Of a stretch of 64,000 bases of DNA, positions 25,893-39,591 are shown in pieces (within the stretch, counting starts at the first letter, position 1; every line of letters begins with the position of its first letter). Below the pieces are notes generated by a model that worked only from the letters and a program-made list of their open reading frames with translations, was not told the DNA's origin and ran no database searches. This stretch comes from Lytechinus pictus (taxonomy: Eukaryota). Both the position numbers and the translations under genes were made by a program. The stretch covers positions 16,122,001 to 16,186,000 of the forward strand of contig NC_087251.1 of assembly GCF_037042905.1 (NCBI RefSeq), written 5' to 3'.

Positions 25893-26758
25893 TTTCCCGT
25901 TTGATGAACCACTCATCCACAATGAACATGAATATGAATATGAACATGAATATGAACATGAATATGAACATGTCCACACTATCCGCAGTTGGCAGCGGGG
26001 ATCTGGGCAAGCCGCTACTACCGTCCCATCGCCGAAAGCGCCGGGTGCTGTTCTCCCAAGCCCAGGTGTACGAGCTGGAGAGGCGTTTCAAGCAACAGAA
26101 GTACCTATCGGCACCGGAGAGGGAACACCTTGCTAACCTCATCAACCTGACTCCAACCCAAGTCAAGATCTGGTTCCAAAATCACCGCTACAAGATGAAG
26201 AGGCAGGCCAAAGAGAAGAACATGCAGGATAGCAACACCATTTGTCATCAGTCTCCTCGACGGGTGGCGGTTCCAGTGCTCGTCAAAGACGGTAAGCCTT
26301 GTAATGGAAGTGGTGGAGGAGTGGGTGCAGGGGGAGATTTAACCGATGATGATGAGCGCAGTCTAAGTGAACATGTGGAGGGGGTTAACGACCAGGGCGT
26401 GGTCGGTGGTCCCCAACAACCACAGCCGCAGCACCAGCAAGCCAACGCCACGCAATCCATGACATCGCAGCAAGCCGCTGCAAACCACCACGTTAGCATG
26501 AAAGCGAGTCCCGTGGAACCGAGCTCGTGCGGGATACCCATCAGCATCCCATCCAGCGATTCAGGCATCGGGCTTAGTCCTGTTTCCGTCCATGCGCATC
26601 ATCAACACCCTCAAAGCCAAGCTTCGTTGCATCATCAGGCAAGTGCGATGCACAGTCTTTATAGCCCCAGTGCAGGGGCCACTGGTATGACCCATAATGG
26701 TGCTGTCAATAACATGTCGGCAACGGCCCCTTTTCTCCTTCACGGTAGAACGTGGTAA
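25893..26758 (+). CDS. Nkx2.1: NK2.1 homeobox gene, coding exon 2 (homeodomain 26030-26209, NK2-SD 26252-26302, C-terminal GRTW)
   Basis: The acceptor is ccttatttatcattttctacAG (AG at 25891-25892). Splicing gives A+TT=Ile and restores the conserved DPRFT-I-SRLM. The homeodomain [35 protein letters not shown]...[14 protein letters not shown] has Tyr54, followed by [17 protein letters not shown] and HGRTW*. Joined CDS is 1227 nt = 408 aa + stop. Confidence 0.97.
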
Positions 26759-27127
26759 AACATTTTAGGGACAAAGGTATATTCATGAGGACAGAAATAA
26801 TGTGAACTGAACATAGAAATCCGACCCAAATTATTTTTCCTCATGCAAATGATCTCAAAGTAGATATGCACTGCAGATGTGAACACTCACAGAACAACTA
26901 GTAATTAAAATCATGTAGATTATCAATCAATGGATGTTAATGACAATTTTTAAAGAATGAACGTGATCTCGGGTGATGCAAGCTAAATTGGATTGATTTA
27001 ATTATTTGTTTTGTTTACAAATGGAGATATCACTGTCAATAGTTTTCACCACAAAGTGATTTAAACATATATTTAGTTTTCAGTCATGTTAAGTAACTGA
27101 CCAACTTAAGTAACATATTGTACAATA

Positions 27128-27345
27128 CACTCTAAAAAAGATTGGGTAAAAATTTACCAAATATTTGGATAAAATGAAACGTGCATGGTTTGTTGTGCAT
27201 ATTTTGTCCGATAAGAGGCAACTGCTTTTTTAGCAGGTAAATTTCAATGCAACCCTGGCTAAAATTTACTCAGTATTTGGTATCATTTTACCCAACAAAC
27301 ATGCATGTTATAATTTTACCCAATATTGGGTAAGATGTTTAGAGG
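27128..27345. mobile_element. CACTC-ended palindromic MITE (EnSpm/CACTA-like)
   Basis: TA-CACTCTAAAAAAGATTGGGTAAAA...TTTTACCCAATATTGGGTAAGATGTTTAGAG-G-TA. Confidence 0.7.
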
Positions 27346-28370
27346 TAGATTAATTTCATGAGCGGCAAAGTGTTGTCATGCGATAAATCAGGAGTTCAAA
27401 AAGGAGTTGAAAATATTTGTCGTTTTGGGTTAACGGGTTAAATGGTTGCACATGAATGAGTGATGTACTACAAGTTTTCATTCCAATATCAAGATTTGAT
27501 CCTTTCCTTTTCAAATAAAATAAAATTAGTTTTATGATTCAATTTAGAAAATTTAGTCATTTGGATACTTTCAAAATTTCTTTGTCAATGCTATACTATG
27601 ATTTTTTTTTATATTTTTAGTTGGGAAAATTAAATAATGATTATTTTCTTTATTAATATCACAAGTTGCAGTTATAAATAAATAGTTAAGTGACATGAGA
27701 TTATTATATGGGAATACGGTTCCAGAGTGTATCTGTAAATAGATTTTGGTGTATTAAAAGGAAAGTAAGATTATGGGTTCATTTTCTTTTAATAATTATA
27801 TTGTCAGGGATAGTTTCGCATTTAACGACAACCTATACTCCTCATGGACGACTCACACATTGCGCCAAGGACAATTTTGTTGTAAATGATATATATTTCT
27901 CATTTTTTATTGTCACTTTTCATGTTAAATGTACAGAAAAGGTATCAAAAAGTGTTGATAATATTGATTTTGTCTGTTATATTGTGTAAAGATCTCAGTC
28001 CTGGTGATTGATATGTCATTTAACAAATGTAATTTATGATTTATATATTATTTTCATTGTGCTTTTCATGCTGAAGGAAAAGTATTTGATTTTACTTTCT
28101 TGTGTTACGATGATCGTTATTGCATGAATGTTAGTTCTGAACACATTTTTTTGATTGTTTATGTGAATCTGAATAATGCATGTTTTTCCAGGTCAGACAG
28201 TGTCTAAATATGAATTATTTTTCTCCTGTGAATATTGTATTTGTCATCAAATTTCATAAACAAAAGTCGACGAATTTCAAGATTTTGATACTGACAAAAT
28301 ATAAAATATTCGTCTTACAATAATCAACTTTATATTTGTTTTTAGTTCATGTCTTTTTTTCTCTCTTTAA

Positions 28371-28824
28371 CCATAAACAGTATGGCAGATTCAGCACCCC
28401 CCCCCTCCATAAAGATCTCGGCTGATGTCTTCTTGATTGCGATGAAAAGTGGTATAGAGGGCAAAATTTATTTTTTATATTTTGGTTTCTTTATCCCCTA
28501 CATTTCTTTGTTTTCCCGATATTATTCTCTCTCCAAAATGTCGGCGACAATATTGTAACCACAATAATCCTTAAGTGAATGATTTTGATCAATTATGCGA
28601 ATTTTAGCTTCAAATTTAATTTGTTTTGGTTAAAATTCAATTTTTGAGAAATTTTCAGTCTGATATGCAGGTAAATATCATGGATAATTTAAAGTCGTGC
28701 ATGTAGTCGGGTATCGTAAATTTGGTCTCGAAACTTGTACGAGTCTCACAAGAAAAAAGGTTTAGAAAACGTCCCGAAGAGAGCTCCCGTGTATAATTCA
28801 ACGCTCCATTCAGACTTTTTAGGA
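28371..28824. mobile_element. Degenerate piggyBac-like MITE related to 18440-19578
   Basis: TTAA at both flanks; ends CCATAAACAG / rc TCCTAAAAAG; internal similarity to 18945-19090. Confidence 0.65.
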
Positions 28825-31800
28825 TTAAACAGGGGATTATAATTCCAGGAACTGTTTCAAAATCAATCAATCAAGTTTGTACGAAATGAGCCTGTGAAAT
28901 TTAATTTACGTAACACCTAATTGTATGGCAAATCTCACTTCCATATATCGTTTTCGCGCAATAGTAATTTGATTTCGTTACCATAGTTACCGGTTACATC
29001 ATTTTATCATGATTATCCGAGACGGCTCTGAGTTAAATGTGGAATAATAACACGATTTTTCTTATTCATCTTTGATTAGATTGAAGCCTTGATCGCGCAA
29101 TTAAAATATGAAAGCAACAGGGAAGCATTTTTATCGCTGGGTCAGGCATTTTCTAACACAGCCTTATTGGACAGTGAATAGGCATAAAACATAAAAATGA
29201 AATGTTGTATACGGACCATGTTTATCAGTATGGTCTCATGGACGGGTGTTTCTAAACGAAGTAACCAAAATACATCCTGTTCATGGAAGAAGAAGCTTTC
29301 GTTATTTATGTTTCAATGACAGAACGTCTAATTATGTTAGTCATAAGAACCTGATTTAAGAAAACATTTAACATTGAGCATCCGGTAATATTGAAATGAT
29401 TTGTTGGGAAACTCGTCGTTGTGGAAATAACCTCGATTACGATTGTTAGAAGAAGTCATGTATGCAAGTAAATGATAATTAATATTCATTGATGTGTAGC
29501 CACTGTATGCACCATATGGATTCCCAACCTGATTTGATGTCAATTTCTTACATAATGACTTTATAGTGAATGTCTTCTTTTTTTTTTCGATATGTAAGTC
29601 TGTCTGGAATCGGCCTCGTGGATGTGACTTGAGTATCGTAAAGAAAATCCGATTCGCTTTATCAAAATGGTTTGTTTTAGCATTGACGGATGGGGTACTC
29701 TTGATATTATGTTTTGTCCTTTTATTAAATTGGAGAATCACACCTAATACTTTTCTTCTTTGTATTCTATGTTTGCGTCGTCTTCAAAAATTTATATATA
29801 GGAGCTAATCTTTCATCTCTTTTATTTTTAATGTATCTATTGATTTGATAAATTTATTTCAGTTGAAAGAAATAAAAATTTAAAGAAGCATAATGTTTAT
29901 TATTCACCGTTATCGTATAGCATCCCTCTTTGTATTCTACATTCTTATTCTTTTGGCTACTGTATATAGTCAAATTGAACTTGGTTGAGAGTCAATATCA
30001 TCAGAGTCAAAGTGACATGGTATCTGAGCAATTTGGACTAGAACTGAGTTGATTGCCAGTTACGCCTGATCATTCTGAGTCAAATCTATTTGAGAAATCT
30101 GAATCAGTTTAGTGTGAGGTGACTTCCCCTATAGCTGAAGCAAAATCAAGTTACTTTTGATTTCACAAGTATATGTCTATCAAAATTGTCATTCTGCAAA
30201 GGAAATTATCAAAAACCCTGTCCATGTCATTCTACTTGATCAAATGATTAATTTTGACTATAATAATGTTTATATGTATAGTTTATACTTAGGAATTGAT
30301 GCAAATCTTAGAACAAAACTTTAAACAATCGTCTCACTTTCAGTAAGTATGATATAAATTAAATGACATGTTTCAGTAACCATGACAACATTAAAAACTT
30401 ATGACGACCGGTTGGGTAAGCTTACATACGTTGATTTTTCGTAAGTGCTGAAAATTCATATGGAAATGGACCAATATACATTATACTTTTGATCTAAACT
30501 GACTCGATATCAGAATTTTATCAACCAATACAAAACAGTTAACAACGATATTAGAAAATTTTCATGATTGACGACCAGATGACTGAATTACATTTTTTTC
30601 CGAAAGAGTTTTTAAGCCACACTAATTAAATCACCATTTTAAACACCCCCATAAAAGAAAAGAGACTATTCCTTGCATTATCCGAGTTAAAATACACAAA
30701 TACATGAAATAGGTACAAGCAAGAGAAAGGAGTACTACAAGGCATCCCTGTAAAATACAACTAAATAAAAAGCAGCCAAATTCTCGTAAAACCAACAAAG
30801 AGATTAAAACGTTTTAAAGGGAGATCCCTCGGAAGTAATTGCTTTTCAAATTTGTTTAGTTTTCGTGTCTGCAAGAAACGCTCACCCTGTCAGTCAGGAG
30901 ACCTAAAAGAGAGGGTGCAGAAAATAAAGGGGTGGGTGGGTGGGTGAGGGAATGCTATTATATACTACCAGAGCTTCATATTTCATATAACATCACTGAT
31001 TCGCATTATTTTTCAAACCTGATGATTTGATCAGGAAAATAGCGAGTACGAGTCAAATACATATAAGATACTGCTGTCTGAATAATACTAAACAAATAAA
31101 TGAATAAAGGTATCAAACTTCAGTCTTAAGTATTGAGAAAAAGGAAGCTAAATGAATGTGAAAATAGTCTATATGCATTATAGTTTATTCTTAATTTGAA
31201 TACTAAGTATAGAGCTAGAAGCTGAAATAAGATATGAGTGAATTATACAAAAAAGAAACTGTAATACCTAAATTCTTTAGTTTAAAGTGTGAAAAGAAAT
31301 GACTATAGCGTAAAACAACATGGAGTAAAGTGAATTTAAAAATAAACATATAACAGGTATAATAAAAAAGGTGAGAAACGCGGTAAAAACAATGTTTAGA
31401 AAATAATAATATATAGAAATACAGAAAAATACGATTGATAGAAAGGACCAAGAAAAGGAGATGTATTGATTTATAATAAGAGAATCGTAAAAGAGGAATG
31501 GATGTTCATGAGAGAGAAAAAATAATCAAAGGAGGGGGAGTGAGGGAAGTGGGCGAGAGAGAAAGAGAGAGCAAAAAGAAGAGACAAGGAGAGAGGTCCT
31601 GGGGAGATTGACATGGGTTTTGTGTTGGAGCCAGGAAGTCGGATCTGCAGTTTGTCTAAGCGGCCTAGACAAATTTGTACTTCTACTGTGCACAGCCGCA
31701 TGTAGCCCGACTAAACAACACTATCGGGCATTATACTACCCTTAAAATGTCGCCTCACTAGGACCGTCACCCCCATAGCTCCGGTACCGGGAATCCGCGG

Positions 31801-32392
31801 CGTCGACTTTTACACGCCATGGCAAAGAAGGCACTACATTGTCTAATGTACAATTACATGCACATATCAAATGAAATACATTAAGGAAAGTGGTGTGGAT
31901 TGAGGTACAAGAAATGTGTTGAACTACAACATCAGTGCGACAGAAATCATTCCACTTTCCCTGTATTTCGTCTTATGATTGCACTAGTCCCTTTAAACAA
32001 ATCATTTGCTCGTCACAATTAATGTATGATATTAAGAAAACCCTCGACATTTCAATAAGTAGTATCCCTAATCTCGAAATTGGATTTGAAATCAATGAAT
32101 TAAACTTTCTCATTTCTCACGAATGGTGGAACAGAAATAGCTATTATTTTGACTTACCCCCCCCCCTTTTTTTTTTTTTTACAAAGGGCAAGAATGTGGT
32201 GTAACTGAAGAATAGTCTATGAATAAAGTAGTTGAAGAAGTCATTTCTTTTAATGGATATCTTTCCATCTATAAATAATCATAAAAAGGAACATGGAAAT
32301 ATTCTCGACAGTGCATAGCATTAGTCGAGTAGTCGCCCCCGTCAATCAAACATAACTCTGAATATCAAATGCAACTCATTATTAACCAATAT

Positions 32393-32525
32393 GGGGCCTG
32401 TAACACAAAGCTTAGCAATGATCATTTGAACATTTTTATACCATTGATTGCATTGACTACAATGTACAATCAATCGAAAAAAATCAAGCGTACGATATAT
32501 CGCTAACCTTTGTACTAAGGGACAC
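32393..32525. mobile_element. Short palindromic MITE, PIF/Harbinger-like
   Basis: GGGGCCTGTAACACAAAGCTTAGCAAT vs rc GTGTCCCTTAGTACAAAGGTTAGCGAT. Confidence 0.6.
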
Positions 32526-35500
32526 AGAAACTCATATTAAGGACTGAAGCTTTGATTTACTGAGTTATACGTTTAAATGCATGTAGACGTAATAGAAAGG
32601 AATAGAAATGATAATAAGTTAGGCTGGTATAATTTGATACTTTTATTTAAAGGAAGAACAACAGACGTTATACACAAAATATGTGGGTTGGTAAAGATAA
32701 ACGATATGGTTATAATATTAATTTTGAGTGATAAATTAATTTTATCGATTTAAATTTGGATGCTTCGTGGCGGGTGACACACGTTTGATAAATATTCAAT
32801 AAACAAATAAAAAAATAAGCGATTGTTTCGATTTCCGATGTAAGTTCCACTTATCTTTCATTACTCCGCATCAGCGCACTATATGGCGTGGAAATTCTGC
32901 AGCCAGTAAGAATTATTTTTGTAAATGCATGATTTCTTTAAGAGATGATCATGCATGATACATTATAATGATATCACTGATGAACTGTGAATATCTGTTC
33001 ATGTCATCGCCGTCTGTACACAAATCAACGTTCAACTAAAACAAACAGAGAAGAAAAAATGGACTAGATTAATATTCTTATCACAGACGGGCAGCAGAAA
33101 TATTGATCTTTCTTTATCTAAAGGCCCAGCAATTTGGGTAATTATTATTTCACTATAATACATAACAGGGTATTAGTTGGCGACCTTTGCCGTATATACT
33201 ACCTTCAATTCATTTTGAGAAAATGTCACAATTTAAGAAGTGGTAATACTAATGTGCAAATAGTTTTTTTTTCAGTAAACTCACAACTCACATATACTGA
33301 ATATCATTTCCCATGAAAAATTATCAATGCAATTGAAAATGCCAATTTCGTTTTCAATACACCGTGTAACATCTATTAACATATTATAATATATATTCTC
33401 AAACGAAATATGATTTTTTTTATACGTATACTAAGGTGACTTTTATAATATTTTATGACGTATGAGGTTGATTGAGATTAAAAAAAATGAGTCTATAAAA
33501 TAATCGTAATAATTTATTTCATATTTCAATGAAGATGATCACAACTCATGGCAGTAAATATATGGGTTATTAGATGAAAGATTGATAGAAAAAAAGTTTT
33601 GCCGACAAAGGATTGGAAAACATCAAGTTAACAGACATGATTTTCTTTCTTTGTTTCGTTATGCTTGATCTATTTCGTGGGCTGAAATCTATGTTACGAT
33701 ATTTACGCAGTGCATCCCTGGGGCTTGCTGTTAAACATCACCAAAAGGGCACTGCTTTCAACAGGGGCGTTCAATTTGGAGAAGAAAAATCTTGTTTTAT
33801 CCAACACGTCATCAAAATTAAAGACAGTCAATGCATTTTGGGTTGTTTTGTGATCTCTTACCAATATACTGGTGTTTTGTCAATTTGTATAAAGATAAAT
33901 TAGACGTAAGTATACCATGTATACTGGCTGGCCTCAACAACAAAGCAAAACTTTTGGAACATAAATCATTTAAAAAGGGATGAAAGTAGACGAGAACTCC
34001 CAGAATATAATATCCAATAAAGAACTGCCAATTGGCGTAAGGAAGTCTGATATTTTTTTTATAGATATTTTATCTATCAAAACACATTTTAAAATACTTT
34101 TTTGTACACAGCTCACAACGATATTTATTCATTATAAACAATATTAAGATCATATTCCGTCTCTACTCTCTATCCTTTTCTTTTCCTCTATTTGAGATTA
34201 CAATTATCCCTTATCATTTTCTCTCTCTTCATAGTTTATATACACTATCGATCGTATTTTCAAATTTACATTGCTATATGTTCTTCTTCTTTTCGATATC
34301 CTTTTTTTTCTTCCATAATCCCTTTACGTCTACGTGATGTAATTTGGAGGAGATCGACTCTTTAATACGATGCACTATTCTTAAAAAAATTGAGTGAGCG
34401 AAGCAAGTGAGCCAAAATGATCACCTTTTTAACATAAATTATTAATTCTGTCATATCCATTTTGACTTGGTATGTGAAAAATTGAAAATATATCAAAGGA
34501 AATGCTTTAAAATGTATAAATAATAATATAATACATTGATTACCATAAAATACTTTTTTTTGTTTTACAGATTACGCCATTAAGTCAGGGATATATTTTT
34601 ACGTTTTCCTTCCACTAATTCGATTTCTTTGCTCCTTACACAGTATCACAGAATTGGCTCCTATATACAGTCTTCTTTTTCTTCTACCATTTTATTTTAT
34701 TCCTCTTTATTCATATTAAAAGAACTATTATAAGTTTCTCAAAATACGTTATCACATTCTAATCGTTTTGAATATAAAATTAATTTTACGGTAAATAAAA
34801 GAACCCCACAGTCTTTAATCTGAAAGTTCAATATTCGAAGTCGGTTCGAGAAAAGGAAGAGGAATAAACAAATTTTGTAATTCTTTTTTTATGGCGGGTT
34901 TGCTTTCTCCGATAATATTTCCTTTTGGGTTATGGTCGATCATACGCAATCGAAGGCCACACAAATTTATCGTCCCTGTGTACATAATGTCTATTATTCA
35001 GCTCGGCATTTGATGTGTGTAATTTCTCCCCTATGTGTACTTAGTAAAGAAAATAGAAAAGGAGCCCTTACATGTCAAGAATAACTTGCATACAAAAATG
35101 ACAGCATTTTTATTTTCTTTTGCAAAGTAAGATTGATGATTGTGTGAGGCAGACTGTCGACCTGGCGGACAGGGTTTGTCGGGGGTTATGGGACGTGCTC
35201 TAATGAATGGAAGTGGGGTTGAAATGTGGCTGCCCTCTGTTTAAAGCTCACACATTATTCTTTTATCAAACAGAAGCTACTAAAATAAAACGCGTGCGAC
35301 AAAAAATGATAATCGTTTGATGTCTCGGTTCAACCTATCATTCTTATTTTTCAACACACGCTTTAACTCTCTTTATTTTCCTCCAAGATCTTTTTTGTTC
35401 GCTTCAACAAATATGAAGTTTGCTTTCTTTGTTGGACCAGAAAAAATAATCAAATTTGTTCGCGACTGACTTTGGAAAAAGTCCTATAGACAGAAAGCGG

Positions 35501-35939
35501 TATATTTCTGCTAAGCTACTTTTATCAAAGATGACGGTTCAATTCACCCCCCCCCCCAAAAAAAAAGCAATCTTGATAGACCACTTTCGTTTATAATTTT
35601 TCTTTGTGTTAACAAAAATTCACTCGTTTATGTTTCTCTCCTACGAAAAACTACCATTTGCCCTCTTAAGCTATAGGGGCCTGGTATATTTGCGCATTTC
35701 TCCTGAATTTTATGTTTTTAGGACATACTTAAAAAAAAGATTAATTATTGTGGATTCTTAAAACGGCAAACTCCGCCCCTGTTCTCTGGCCTCTTCTTAC
35801 TCTATGCATTGTTCAGTGAGACAAATGACTGAAGATGACATGTCTGACTTTTAATGACGACGCTTCACACAACTTTCAATTCTCTTTAATTTTGGAGATG
35901 ACGAAAATATTGATGGGAAAAGACTTGATAAGGTATGGA

Positions 35940-36337
35940 GATAAATTGCCAATTCGTCTATTGCCAACTCGTCCACTCATCACACGGTCTAACATAATTT
36001 AGTCTGATGCCACTCCGTCCATCAACATTTCGTCATTCATTTGGTCCAATCATCACTTCGTCTCATCACCAGTTCGGCTAAGACCATTTCGTCTCATAAC
36101 CGTTCGGTCTAATATCCATTTAATTTTCTTTCATTTCGCCTAATCAACACTTATTCCAATTAGACCAAATGGTGTATGGACTAAATGGCTATTGGACCAA
36201 CTGGTTATTAGACGAAATGGTGAATGGACGAAGTGGCAGTTAGAACATGTGACAGTGGACGAATTGATGGTAAACCAAATGATAGTAGACGAGTTGGTAA
36301 TTGGACGAATTGGCATTGGACCAATTGATAATAAACC
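35940..36337. mobile_element. 8-bp-TSD MITE, copy 2 (same family as 19170-19565)
   Basis: Collinear similarity over ~400 bp; flanks GGTATGGA/TAAATGGA look like a decayed TSD. Confidence 0.88.
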
Positions 36338-37474
36338 TAAATGGAGATATGATATAAAGAAGACGAACATTATGAGGAAAATAAGAAGATTTAAAACTGG
36401 GGAGGAGAGCTTGAATCTGGATGGGTTGGAAGAGGGAGCCAGGAGTAGTAATCTAAATCCAATGGTAAAAATGCAATTATTGTCATATTTTTTAAAAATA
36501 CACAGCTGAGTGAATCTAAGTTTTCGAAATATATTTCTTCAAAATGCATGGTAGACTGGCATTTAAAATTTGTCCCAACACCTGAAACTGAGGCTAGATA
36601 CCAGTATCTTTACATATTTTCTTTCCAAACATAAGCACATGACTGCAGTCTATAGAAATTCAAGAATTTTGATGTTGTTGTTACATGTTTACGCCAAACA
36701 TATCCGATAGATATCATGTATTGTTGAATATAAATAAATATAACCTTTTGTTTTAGTGCCACAAATCTACACACGCATCATAAAATACAAGTCGCTTTAG
36801 AATGATGTGTTAGCGTGCCCTTTCTTGAAATTAAATTCTAGGTCCTGTGTGATGCTACGTAATGCAAACTATTTTTGATGATCATTTCACAGTAAATATG
36901 CATATTCACAATCAAAGATCCCCCCCAAAAAAATAAAAATAAAATAAATAATAAAAATAACAAAATATATATATGTATATTATATAATGATAAAAACAAC
37001 CGAATATAAAAAAACACAAAAACAAAACAAACAAACACACTGATTACATGAACAGAATCTGCAAACAACTAAAACATTGCATCTTAATATGCCGAGCAAA
37101 TTTTAATCATGCATTTTGGTAGCTATCTCTGTTTAAAAAAAAGGCATGACTGTATTATCTATGAATATTTAAATTGTTATTTTTGTGTGTGGTCATTTCG
37201 GAAAGCAAAAGCCTTCGAATGAAAATTGACAACGACGGATTAGTTTATCATTATCAAATTGAGCGTCACACGATTATTTTTCAAGGGTATATCTTCGACT
37301 TTTTGATAATTCTTTATCAGGAAAGACTTTTTAAAAATAATAATTTTGTTCGTGTTAATTCATCTGATTGCCGGGGAAAGCAGGATCGGCGATTTAAGTC
37401 TCTCTTCGCTGGACGGGGAAAGTGGTATAATAATAATGAAATGCCCTACCAATGGGCACATAGCATCGAGCATC

Positions 37475-37785
37475 GGTGGTGGTGATGGTGTTTTTGGTGG
37501 TTATTAATGAATGAAATTGACGATGATGATGATGATAGTGATCACGACGACGATAATAATGATGATGTAATGGTGTTTTTTTTACGTTTATACCAATGAA
37601 AAACAGGATTGTAACTACGACGACAATGATGTCGGCGACGATAATTAATGATGATGGTGATGTGGTTGTGGTTATACTGATGGTCGTAATGTGAATGATA
37701 ATGATGATGATAATGATGGTGGTGATAATAATGATGACGATGATGATGGTGATGATGATGACGATGATGATGGTGATGATAGTAT
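37475..37785. repeat. Degenerate (GAT/GGT/GAC)n array
   Basis: Visible trinucleotide repeat. Confidence 0.9.
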
Positions 37786-39545
37786 GATCCATTACTGGCT
37801 AGAAATGATCAGCTTCTTCAGCTATCCAGTAGAGCCATTAAATAATATGATCTACATTGGTCGCTCAATAATGCCCTTCACACACTCCCCTTACGGCAAG
37901 GTGATAGATGGCGAACGTGCTTTAATCAAATCACTAATCAAAATGTCATCAAAAAGCTCTTATTCTGCATCCCACACGGCGGATGCCACATTACTCTATG
38001 TCTGATGATAAATCTGTGTTGCCATGGATAAATGAGGGTTTGATATTTTATCGTCGTTCGTGAATTCCGGAGTAAGGCCTTGATGTATCTTTAATGTTAG
38101 ACAGAGAGGCATTTTTCTTCATCTCTGTTCTTTACAACGTGGAGCAAATTGTGATTTCTACAATTTGGAGATGGCCAATTAGCTCAATATGTCCGAAAGT
38201 GTGTTAAGGGTTATTTCTGGTTTTTTTTTGTTTCCGCCTTTTTATATGTCCTTCATTTTGCTTGCGGAATAACTTTGTGTGCAACGAGATGGGTTGATTC
38301 TGTCCTTTTCTTCGAGTGGAAATCGGAGTGGGGTGGGGTGTGTGTGTGTGTGGGGGGGGGGATAGAGGGTCATGAACTGGAGATCAAGATCCGTAGATTT
38401 TATCAGCATAGATTTACTATCGATGCAGACTTCAGATTTTGACCCCGGCAGAGTAAGATAAGCTGATATTTTTCGTATCAGCGCCACGGCGACGTTTATT
38501 TAATATCATTGAGAATAGGAAAATATGAAAATACTATGCCGCTTGGGGTGGGGCATTTAAACTCCATATCGCTGTAAATAATGATGATTATAACTAGGTC
38601 TGATGAAAAAGCGGTGAGTAAATAAAGTTAAAATAAATTCGAATATGATACAAAATTATGAAACAATATAAAAGTATCTAATCAATTCATGGTGTGATAG
38701 ATAACTATTGATAAAGTACTGAAGATCAAGTGCACTGTCTTTGAGAAGTAGACTCGAGGCAGTTCGGGGTCCACCACCCCCCTGGTCTCCATGCCCCATT
38801 TCTATATTCTTACCCCTTTTTCTCTCTACTTTAGATAGTACCTTATAATAAATCAATTTTGCCTTCAAACCTACCAGCATAATCTATATTCTAGATAAAT
38901 ATTCCGCATTTGCTCTTAATTTTATTATGAAAAAATTGATAAAGGCATGCACTGATATGAATCACAGAGTATACGAGCTTTTTTTACTCACTGAAATTTA
39001 TTTCCTTTCATCGCTGGTATACCGTCAGAGATCGAAATGGTAATAATTCGTCGCTGGTTATTAAACGAGCCCCTTTGTTTGTTCATTACGGTCCAGTGTA
39101 TATTCTTTCTTAAGTGATGATAACTTTGATTTTCTGATCTCACTTGCTAATTTAAAAATAAATGATAAGTAAATTGGATCCAGATCATACTTAAATACCA
39201 TTCATATTTTGAAACTGTGGGCACAGACTTAGACTTATTGTAAATAGGCCAACTCAGAAAGAAAAAAAAAGAAGAGAAAAACCAAACTAATTCATGAATG
39301 TGCAAGCGCATATAGTTCGCGTTAATGATAATTGTAACAAATGAGAGTCAGTGGGTCAGGTTGGCATTGCACATTTTGCGACTGACTATAATTTACCCAG
39401 GGAGTGGGGACGTGCATACATACATTGTTAGGCGAGCAAGACTGATTAAATATTACTTATCGTTGGATTTTTATGAGACAAGACAACTGACTAATAAAAA
39501 TAATATATTTATCGGTGAAAATTAACCGATTTCATCGGATTTGGC

Positions 39546-39549
<4 letters not shown>

Positions 39550-39587
<38 letters not shown>
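39550..39587. repeat. (TA)n microsatellite
   Basis: Perfect dinucleotide run. Confidence 0.97.

Positions 39588-39591
<4 letters not shown>

Noticed and set aside
25873..26743. Minus-strand ORFs overlapping NK2.1 exon 2 (and 22752-22937 over exon 1)
   Set aside because: Antisense shadows of GC-rich coding sequence, with no independent motif.
29955..30285. Possible palindromic MITE (tatagtcaaa...tttgactata)
   Set aside because: Termini and TSD too decayed to define.
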